From the NCBI RefSeq assembly GCF_001194135.2, contig NC_068986.1:113994460-114058459 (forward strand): a DNA stretch of 64,000 nt. The letters are read 5' to 3'. The notes beneath the pieces are model-generated. The model saw nothing but the letters and a program-made list of their open reading frames with translations. It ran no database searches and was not told the DNA's origin. Positions 53,729 through 64,000 of this stretch are shown here, in pieces. Origin of the DNA: Octopus bimaculoides (taxonomy: Eukaryota). The number at the start of each line of letters is the position of its first letter. Position 1 is the stretch's first letter. The translations under genes and the position numbers were made by a program.

Positions 53729-53818
53729 NNNNNNNNNNNNNNNNNNNNNNNNNNNNNNNNNNNNNNNNNNNNNNNNNNNNNNNNNNNNNNNNNNNNNNNN
53801 NNNNNNNNNNNNNNNNNN

Positions 53819-53865
<47 letters not shown>

Positions 53866-54168
53866 GTATTTATATACGTAGGTATACATATATATATATA
53901 GGGAGAGAGAGAGGAGGGGGATAGAGTTGTAGTCATGTGTTTGTGAGGCTACATTACAAAGATAGGGCCGTGTATCGCTTGAATCGTTGTCCCCCAGCTC
54001 TTTTTGTTCTTTGTTCAAATCGTCGGTGAATATGCAATGGTTCAAGTCCGAAGAACATAGACTAAATCGACCTCCAAAATTCCCTGGCCTTGTACCTAAC
54101 GGAGAGGTTGCTGTGGTGTATATAAACATGCTGTAACGAAGTTGTGAACAATATCACATAATACTATT

Positions 54169-54272
54169 TTTTTACTCTTTCACCTGCTTCAGTCATTTGA
54201 CTGCGGCCATGTTGGAGCACTGCCTTTAGTCGAAGAAATCGACCCCAGAATATATTCTTTGTAAGCCTAATA

Positions 54273-54277
<5 letters not shown>
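54169..54277 (-). mobile_element. SINE family A 3' part
   Basis: ttcagtcatttgactgcggccatgttggagcactgcctttagtcg. Confidence 0.9.
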
Positions 54278-54308
<31 letters not shown>

Positions 54309-54549
54309 TTTATTTCATCAGATCATATGTCTGAGAGAGAGAGAGAGAGCGCGAGTGAAGGGTGTGTTGTCATGTATACATACAAACAAAGAAATAGACA
54401 TACATCCTTCTTGTATGTATGTGTGTGTATGAGAGAGAAAGTGCCACTTAGAGATCACTCTCTCTCTCTCTCTCACACATACAAAAAAGATGTATGCATG
54501 TATACATGACAACACAACCCTTCAGTGACACACACACACGCACACACAC

Positions 54550-54592
<43 letters not shown>

Positions 54593-55302
54593 TGGATACA
54601 AACGTACATACAAAAACACACATGTTTGTGTGTGGCTGCCTACAAATACATAGAGGTTAACACGACATGAAAAAGAAAATATATAGAAAACATTTACGTA
54701 AATTAACGAAGTGTGCGAGTTCCAGCAAAATATTGCCCGTATATATATTGGATGCCCCATGCTGAATTGCAAAATTTTAAGGTGATATTTGTGTAATAAA
54801 GATATCAATCCTGGTGTGTGCATGCGTGTGTGTGCGTATGTGAGAGAGAGAAAGAGAGAGTGATAGGCACACAGAGAGAGAACATTGCAAACAATGAATG
54901 AGATGGACATGGAATGAAAAAATCGTATAAATAAAAGCACGTTGGACCGAATATTGAAATGTGGGAACTCAGTAAAAATTTCTTTCAGTAATTTATCGTA
55001 CTTGTTTACAAATAGCGAATTAAAACTTGAAATGAAATCATTAAAATTAGACAGGGACAGACTTCATCGTTTTTACTTCAATACCGGAAGTTGACATTGA
55101 GAAACATTTTTAAAGAAGTGAATCTAATAATATATGAAATCAACCGACATTTCTTTTTTATTCTTAATTCTAAAAATCAATTGAAGAGCCTATAATTTGT
55201 CCGAGGTGGAATTATTCATGCATCACAAGTATGGCAGCAATTGGTGACGCCATTTTCGTGTGAAAAGTGAATACACGCACATCTCTATTGTGTATATATA
55301 TA

Positions 55303-55464
55303 CGACGGGCTTCTTTTAGTTTCCGTCTACCAAATCCACTCACAAGGTTTTGGTCGGCCCGAGGCTATAGCAGAAGACACTTGCCCGAGATGCCATGCAA
55401 CGGAACTGAACCCGGAACCATGTGGTCGGGAAGCAACCTTCTTATTACACAGCCACGCCTGCGC
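55303..55464 (-). mobile_element. SINE family A 5' half
   Basis: Head homology. Confidence 0.92.
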
Positions 55465-56194
55465 ATGCGTTAATGTAAATATGTAATATATGATGCTCAG
55501 TAGATGTATATATGAATGTGCGCGTAAAGAGTGAGAGTTAGACAGACAGAGAGACAGATAGACAGAAAGATACACAGAGAAACGGAGAGACAGACAGCGT
55601 TGCAGTTCCAGATTTCAGCATACTATTACACTGTTACTCAGATTTTCCTCCCACCCGCCTCTATGCATGATATTCAGAGGGAGCATTTGGTCAACTTCAT
55701 AAACACCTGGTCTAAATTTCACTTGACTGGCAACAATATACTTCATACTGTGTAATGTGTAATGACTAAAAAATTCATCTAATACAACAAACGTCCTAAA
55801 GAAGAGTTCAGGGCGAATAAGTTTAGCATCCTAATGCGCGCAAGTCAGTAACGTTCAGTCTCAATATTATTATCGATTTAAGATATTCCACAGGCTGCTA
55901 ACAACAACAATCCATAGAAAATCGTTTTGCATGTTCAAGAGACAACTACAGGTGAGAAGGAAAGACCAGTATAAACGGACACGAAGAAGGTTGGTCACTT
56001 CAACAGTTGCCAATTGAAAACCATTGCAACATTTATATCTGCGTCAATATTCTTCATTCCAACGGTGCTTACCATTTATTAAAGCCGCAAGGATTCAGAT
56101 GAGAGCGCACGAATAAGGAACACAAAAAGAAAAAGAATATGCTACAGTGTTAGAAAGGGACAAATATGAAATGAAGAGAGAGGGTTTTTCGATT

Positions 56195-56281
56195 AAAATA
56201 CCGTTTATAGGAAGATACCGTTTATAGCAAGAAAGCAAAAATACCGTTTATAGCAAGAAAATACCGTTTATAGCAAGAAAG
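56195..56281. repeat. About 20-bp minisatellite, 4 copies
   Basis: ataccgtttatag(c/g)aaga(aa) repeated. Confidence 0.92.
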
Positions 56282-56514
56282 TATTCAGGAAGGCAGGGAA
56301 GCTAGACAGAAAACCATACAAAATATGTAAATATATGCGGTCTTACGAGTTAGCACTAAATCTAAAATAGAAATGTGCAAAACGAAACAAACAAAAAGAT
56401 GACACAGGGTCTTCCGCCCAAAGCTGTTTATAAAGTCGTGCGCGGATAAAAGTAGAATGCATTGTGGCCATAAGTAACAGACCAAAAGAGAGACGAAAAT
56501 ATTAATCGAACTCA

Positions 56515-56753
56515 ATGCCTATGGACCCCTTTGTTTCTTTTTTTAATCTAATGGACCCTAATAAACATTCCATATATTAAAAAGTCCCATTATATTCTTA
56601 TTAAATATTAATAGAAATTGTATAAAAAAAAATTGTTGAAAGATTTCGTGAATTATTGAAGGATAATGGATATATTTCACATTAATTTTAAGAGTAAAAT
56701 CATATGTGGACCCCACCAATAAGGTCCATGTGAACCCTGGCTGAGAACCACTG
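56515..56753 (-). mobile_element. hAT-like MITE fragment
   Basis: Terminus reads cagtggttctcagccaggg on the minus strand (CAGTGGTTCTCAAC-type hAT end), internal ggaccc motifs; other TIR and TSD not found. Confidence 0.55.
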
Positions 56754-58791
56754 AACTAACTAATGCAAGAACGAAAATAGGGGGCGGAAGGGGGAAGGAG
56801 GAGATGTCTTGTGAGAAGGAAGAGAGAAGATGATAGTAACTGAATGAAAATAGAGAAATTGATATAAAAGGAAAAGAATAAAAAATAAGGAATTGGATAT
56901 GGCGTCAGAAGGACAAAGGGAGAGGGAGAATGGCCGGGGGGGGGGAAGAACTGAAGATGAGGAATACACATCAGAAAGAAGGTGGCTGGAAATGAAGAAG
57001 GTGATGCAGAGAAACTGAGTGTAAGTGGGAGAGATATAGATGCATAGATACAAATATATATACATACATACATATATTATTTTATTCTTTTAGAACAGAA
57101 ATTAAAAAATATATGTATGTATGAATATATCTCTCCGTCTTAGTATACACACACACATACATATATATATATAACGAAGATTAGACGTGGGGAAACAGCA
57201 TAAGCAAAATATAGTATAAAAGTAAGCAAGAGTTTAAAGCTAAATAATTTCTGATCGGCCGATGATGAATTTATGAGATCCATTGGTTGTCAGCAACAGA
57301 AAGTTGCAACACTGCACCACTGCGATCATTGCATTCAGAACATGACTTGAAGGTATTGAAACCACAAAAGCCTTAGCAACGCTGTTGCTCCGAAACTAAG
57401 GTATCTCCGGTCATAGAGCATTTTAAATGCTAACAAGGAAACTGAGGGTGGGAGTTAATAAAAATGATTAAAATCAAACACTGTTATGTCTTCAAGCTAA
57501 TATTAGTACTTGTTATGTGCATTGATAGATAGATAGATAGATAGATAGGATATATAGATAGATAGATAGTTAAATAGATGATACATAGATGGATAGTTAG
57601 ATTCACATGTATTTATGCTTGAATGGTGTGTATGTGTGTGTACATAAACACGTATACATTCATACACATCGATCAGGCAAGACAATACAGCAACAAAATA
57701 GAGACAAGCGACTGCAAACAAATACATTCCTATTCCCTATCCCGAGTATTCTTAACCCAATCTTCTCGACCTTATTTTGCTGACCTTGGCACCAATCCAT
57801 TTAGGTCGACTTCATTTCCATAGGCACAAATACACACGCGCGCGCGCACACGCACACGTACGCTCACACACACCCACACACGCACATTCCATTGTATCTA
57901 AATATGTACATTTGAGTTTTATACTTCATACACAAACATGCATTTATAAACATAACACATCGTTCGTGTATGTACACAAAGAGCGCGCACACACACTCAC
58001 ACAGATATACATACATACATACATGCATATATATATGCACATATATATACACACACATATATATACACACATATATATACGCATATATGTGCACGATTAT
58101 GTATATGAATGCAATCTTATTCATAATGAGTGCGCAAAGTTACCATCATTTATATTTATACAAGTATATTGTACGTGTACGTATAAATGTATATGTGTGT
58201 GTATATATGTATATGTGTGTGCGTATATATGTATATATATATATATGTATGTATGTATAATGTAGTTGTTGTGAATGTTGGAGAAATGTAGGCCAAATCC
58301 TGTTGTTTATTTTGGCAAATAGCCAAACATTTTGATCAGGCCTGATTCCGGCTTTTGGATCATTTCAAAAGAGTATTTGCTATAACTCTATTTGCTATTT
58401 AGTTCGAAACGATAGGAGAAGTTGCTTGTGTGAAATGATAAATCAAATAACTGAAATCTATTTATCACATCATATGACAATGCATCACTATTATTATATT
58501 ACCGCCGCCACCGACACCACCACCACCACCAACAACATCACCGTTTGCATTGACCCGTTAGCATATAAGTGAACATCATAATACTTTTGTTGTTAAGAAG
58601 CTTCCAGGCACACACATACAGATATGCATATATATGTGGATGTGTGTGTGTGTTTATATTTCTATGAAGTGCCTTACTGAATGTGCATGTATATGCTTAT
58701 ATATATACATATACATGTGTGTGTATGTGTGTGTGTGTGTGTGTGTGTGCGTGTATTTACGAGGTTTCATGTATATATTTTCGAGGCTATG

Positions 58792-58826
<35 letters not shown>

Positions 58827-59265
58827 ATACAGATATATACATAAATACGTATACATACATATATGTATAAATATATATAAAGAGATCTCAGCCTTTGTGT
58901 ATCTAAATGCAGACATGCGTATATGCGTATATACATATATATATATATACGCATTTGTATATACACGCATGTATATATTATGTGCATAAGCATTATGTAT
59001 GTATATCTATATTATATGAATGAATATTTTAAAATATTTGTAAAATTTTACGTATTTATATAAATATACATAAAGATATGGACAGATATATGTTTGTATG
59101 TATGTATATAGTTGATTTATTTTCCTGCTTATAGAACAGGGACGAACAATTTAAAACAAGGCATTCAATATATATTTGTTAAAACAATGATTCACACGAC
59201 TCGTCTTGTAAGATTTAATGTTTAAACCATCAAGTTATTTATAAATGTATATGTGTGCATATACG

Positions 59266-59336
<71 letters not shown>

Positions 59337-59340
<4 letters not shown>

Positions 59341-59552
59341 ATAAAGAAAACGAAAAACAGACACATGAAAACAAACAACAACGCGAGGACGTGGTACATG
59401 CAAAGTATTAGGAGACGCTCTGGTAAGGAAAGAAATGTGGTTTTACGTTTCGAGCAAAGCTCTTCTTCAGAAACAGGAGACAGAAGAAGGTCCGAGGATA
59501 AGGGAAACGGAGGGAAAAAATCGCCAACGATTCAAATGTGGTTACATTTTGA
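59337..59552 (-). mobile_element. About 215-bp hammerhead-bearing repeat between two (TA)n tracts
   Basis: Contains 59440-59474; related to 21325-21545 and 7579-7683. Confidence 0.6.
59440..59474 (-). ncRNA. Minimal type I hammerhead ribozyme-like motif with apparently intact core
   Basis: GUUU CUGAAGA A GAGC uuu GCUC GAAA C GU A AAAC: 4-bp helix I, 4-bp helix II, loopless palindromic helix III (ACGU), GUA cleavage triplet. Confidence 0.65.
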
Positions 59553-59582
59553 ATATATATATATATATATATATATAAAAGC

Positions 59583-59993
59583 AAATGGAGAAAACTTTTG
59601 ATCAACAAACAGATTGAGCAACATTGGTTAATTATTTTTTATTACAAAACATAGCATTTCTTACGGCCGTTTCGGCTGCCTATTGACTTCATACTTCACA
59701 CTTCAAAATGGTATGATTCTAATGTATTGATCAATCTGGCCACATCTCGAGGCCATGTTCTTTCCTCTTCCCTTCTTTTATTTTATGTATTTGTATTCAC
59801 TCTCATGAAGCTCCATGTACTAGATCGAACGTGCTATAAAGATGACGAATATTATTTTTGGAATTTCCTTTATCAGTACCGACTGACATTGGCGGTTGAA
59901 ACGGCCGTAAAAAATTATATACCATGTTTTGTATTAAAAAATAATTAACTACTATTGGTCAATTTATTTATTGATCAAAAGTTTTCTCCATTT
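59583..59993. repeat. Foldback element with about 90-95-bp imperfect inverted arms
   Basis: aaatggagaaaacttttgatcaa...ttacggccgtttc (59583-59673) versus its reverse complement at 59898-59993. Confidence 0.9.
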
Positions 59994-60649
59994 CCTGCTT
60001 ATTCTAAATTTGATTCCTGATAAACTTTTCTTTGTTCAGTCATTACCTGTACCCTATGAGCATAATGTGCTTGCAAACCCATGCCCAGGGTTAACATATG
60101 TAAATGATACCGGTAGTAAAAACGGATATTCTTATCCCTTAGACGGTTATTCCAACCGGTAAATCTGCTTACCATATATANNNNNNNNNNTGTGTGTGTG
60201 TGTGTGTGTGTGCGTGTGCGTGTGCGTGTGCGTATGTATTGTAACATTAATATTGATAGTCTACTTCGAGCTTCGCCCTTGGCCGTTCATGCCTTGGCTG
60301 ACCAGAGAAGACTTTAAAAAAGTATAAAGAGAGAAGTAGAGAGAGAAAGACAGACAGACAAAGATATGACCAGGAAGATACCTTCATTAATAGGCGTGTG
60401 TGTACGTCTATTTCCTTAAGTGAATGACATATATATGCCTAGTGCACTTTTGATTCGATATTTCGAGGTAAATGTTTATTTGAGAAAATACACTTTTACA
60501 AATTGTCAAAACTCACTTTGGTTATTTAAGCAATAATTTGATTCCACATTTAAATTTTTTCTGGACTATACGGCTTCGAGAGTTCCAGAATCGTTAAGCA
60601 TACCTCAGCTATTGTTTGGCAGTCGATTTGCTTTAATTCTCTCCATAGG

Positions 60650-60812
60650 TGCAGGTATTGCTGTGCAGTTACGAAGCTCCTGCGTTTGTAAGCACGCACC
60701 TCTAGATATAGCTTCATTGTCAGAGACATTGGACACGTGTCTTCAACGACATCCCAGGTTCGACCAGTGTCCTGTGAGTGAATATACTGGACAGAAATTG
60801 TGTGGAAGCCTC
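60650..60812 (+). mobile_element. Old SINE family A-like 5' half
   Basis: gctgtgcagttacgaagctc..ggacacgtgtcttc..cgaccagtgtcctgtgagtgaat..gaaattgtgtggaagcc. Confidence 0.6.
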
Positions 60813-61132
60813 TAGTAGGCAAATATATAAATCAGACAAGATTATATATATATATATATATATATATNNNNNNNNNNNNNNNNNNNNNNNNNNNNNNNNN
60901 NNNNNNNNNNNNNNNNNNNNNNNNNNNNNNNNNNNNNNNNNNNNNNNNNNNNNNNNNNNNNNNNNNNNNNNNNNNNNNNNNNNNNNNNNNNNNNNNNNNN
61001 NNNNNNNNNNNNNNNNNNNNNNNNNNNNNNNNNNNNNNNNNNNNNNNNNNNNNNNNNNNNNNNNNNNNNNNNNNNNNNNNNNNNNNNNNNNNNNNNNNNN
61101 NNNNNNNNNNNNNNNNNNNNNNNNNNNNNNNN

Positions 61133-61455
61133 GCGTGAAGGCGCGTGGCTTAGTGGCTAGGGCGTTCGGTTCACGATCGTAAAATTGTGTTCAATTCCCG
61201 GCGACGCGTGCTGTCCTTGAGCAAGACACTTCATTTCACATTGCTCCCGTCCACTCAGTTATCATAAATGAGTAGTATCTGTATTTCAAGGGGTCAGCAT
61301 TGTCACACTGTGTCATGCTGAATCTCTCAGAGAACTACGTTAAGGGTACACGTGTCCGTGGAGTGCTCAGCCACTTGCACGTTAATTTCACCAGCAAGCT
61401 GTTCCGTTGGTCGTATCATCTGGGACCCTCGTTGTTGTAACCGACGGATTGATCC
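61133..61455 (+). mobile_element. tRNA/CORE-like SINE with a distinct 3' body
   Basis: A box tggcttagtgg, B box gttcaattcc, CORE-like gtccttgagcaagacacttcatttcacattgctc..gtccactcag. Confidence 0.85.
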
Positions 61456-61464
61456 TTATATATG

Positions 61465-61523
<59 letters not shown>

Positions 61524-61529
61524 GTGTGT

Positions 61530-61757
61530 GTTCGTGTGTGTCTTTGTGTCTGTCTTTGCCTCACACACACACACACACACACCGCTCGACAACCAATATT
61601 GGTTTGCTTACGTCCCCATAGCATCAGCGGTTCGGCAAAAGTGACAAATAGAATAAGTACCAAACTTTACAGCAAATAAGTAGTCTGATCGATTTGTTTG
61701 ATTAAAACCCTTCAGCGCAGTGCTCCAGCATGGCTACAATCTAATAAATCAGAAAAT
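61530..61757 (+). mobile_element. SINE family A 3' half
   Basis: gcttacgtcccc..gcggttcggcaaaag..gaataagtacc..gtgctccagcatggct. Confidence 0.85.
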
Positions 61758-63074
61758 TAAAACGATAAAAAATCTTTGCCCCAATAAGCACACACGTTGG
61801 CTTAATTTTCGAAATCAGAAAAATTAGTCACATTTTTAACTTCCATGAACGATTATTTCCTTTCGTTTTCTTTAAGATACACTCATATTGATTAAATTAT
61901 TTTCACCTGAAATAACTCTGCCTTTTTCTTTCCCGCCTCCTACTTGAATTCTATATTTTCAGATAAATAAACTGAGCAGGCATTTACTATTACACTTGTT
62001 AACATACACACAGACCACCGTTGTCTGTATATATATAGCACGTCACATGATAGAACCAAAATATAATAAGACAACCAGGTCTGAAATGGAACCCGCGTCC
62101 ACCTCCTTGCCTACTTTTAAACATTTCGTTTTATTTAAGCTTTTTTCGTAGAGACTTCAGCCACCGTATTAATCTACTTCAAGTCCAGCATGTAGCAAAT
62201 CTCTTGATATAATATTTGCCCTCACATATGTTCTTGCAGACGTTGAGGCAACGTTTACGGTTCATTTTTAAATCTGAATAGATAAGTGAAAGGCTGATGG
62301 GACTCGACCTCACGTCTACTTCTGCATATCTGCGTGTAATTAATTCCCCAAGATATATGTCACGTTTTCCCTATAATATGCACTCGCCGTATTAATCTCC
62401 TTATACCACAAGCACGTATCAAATGTCTTTATATCGTTTTAATCCTTGCATATACACAGCAGCTTAAAGCTATATTTGAACATTCTACAGTCAAACGTTA
62501 TATATGAACAGTTATTTAATTACTAACCTGAAAGAATTTCAGCTCCGGAAGAGGAAATAGGTTTAGGTAGTCTCCAAAGAATAACTAAGAAAGACAATGT
62601 TAAGATGAAAAAGAGAAAAGAAAACTGCGTATATAAATCACAAACAGAAATAGGGCGAATATTCATCGTTTTGCTGTTGTTTTTCTCTTTAACAATACAA
62701 TAGAAGAATATGAGTTGACCGTAAACGAATTATTCCCTATGAAGCAACATATGGTATTATTCGCGTGTTTTCCTCTCTGTTTTCTTTATAGCAATTTTAT
62801 TTCCAGGTCAGGCAGATTTAGGCTGAACGTACCACGTGATTTTACTTTGTTTACGATCTAAGAGGTGTGTTTGAAAATATGAAAGTAGAGTTATGTAGCA
62901 TCAAAGACAATAAACATTTATCTCTCACGTACATACATAGCACTTGAAAACAACACACATACACACAACATACTCAGATACACAATGCGTGCACATACGC
63001 ATATAGACCACATAAAAATATGCCCATGAAGGAATAAATAATTTAATATATGCATATATAGAAATAAACAATCA

Positions 63075-63192
<118 letters not shown>

Positions 63193-63458
63193 GTATATAT
63201 GTGCCTGTGTGTATTGATATGTATAAGTTTATACGCATATATAAACACACACACATACACAAATACACACACACATACATATATATACAATCACATACGA
63301 ATATGAACCAAAACAATACAAGTTCATTTTATCTAAGCAAAATACTTAGAAACAAGACCACGCAATTATTCAATAGAGAGTTGGTACTAAAACGTTGCAT
63401 CTGTGTGAATTAAATATATAGCATTCAGAAAACTATTAGTATTTACTTCAAGTTACCT

Positions 63459-63487
63459 AACGTTTCGGTGAATATTCACGTCGTCAG
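63459..63487 (-). ncRNA. Hammerhead-core-like motif lacking helix I
   Basis: CUGACGA c GUGAAUAUUCAC c GAAAC GUU. Confidence 0.3.
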
Positions 63488-63934
63488 CCGCTGTTGAATA
63501 ATCGATAGTTACATGTTTAAATCATGAATAACATACAGTTGTTGGCAGCGTATATTGTCAATAGCAAGCGGCCAGAAACGGAAGAAATTGTGAAACAGTC
63601 AGTTTTTATATAAGCGAGAAATAATGTCTCAGAAATATAGCCAGTACTATTTTTGCAGCTTGGTTGTACAATACATAAACCCATGTCAAGATCTTCATTG
63701 CAGCTAACACATCAGCTCAGGCAAATATTAGTTCATCTGTTAATCAATCTCTGAAGTTGTGACTTTATCTTTTAATATTTTATTTTTCATCTGTATCTAT
63801 AAATGTCTATCCCTATGTAAATACGGGTAGCTTTCTATCTAATTGTGTGTGTGTGTTTATTGTCCTCGTGTTTGCGCGTGTCTATCCACCTGTTCAGTAA
63901 TACATATCTATATATCCACACACATGCAGACACA

Positions 63935-64000
<66 letters not shown>

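Overview
AT-rich, gapped (about 12 N-runs), microsatellite-saturated animal DNA. The repeat repertoire (three tRNA-derived SINE families, CR1-, Tx1- and R4-type LINE relics, mariner and hAT miniatures) looks like octopus/coleoid intronic or intergenic DNA; this taxon call is an inference. No intact protein-coding gene is supportable. Nearly all ORFs in the track are translated microsatellites or N-runs, and the protein-like ones are disabled LINE fragments. The best second-look items are: (1) several minimal type I hammerhead-ribozyme-like motifs in short non-coding repeats, one with an apparently intact core at 59440-59474, next to a foldback element carrying the same helix-III signature; (2) both CR1-type LINEs share their 3' tail with the dominant SINE, pointing to its partner LINE; (3) modular SINEs joined at microsatellite hinges, including a head-to-head inverted pair able to form long dsRNA; (4) two candidate spliced exons (2387-2416, 3101-3216) encoding a signal-peptide-like segment. 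These fit known element classes, and nothing here can be shown to be a wholly new system from sequence alone.
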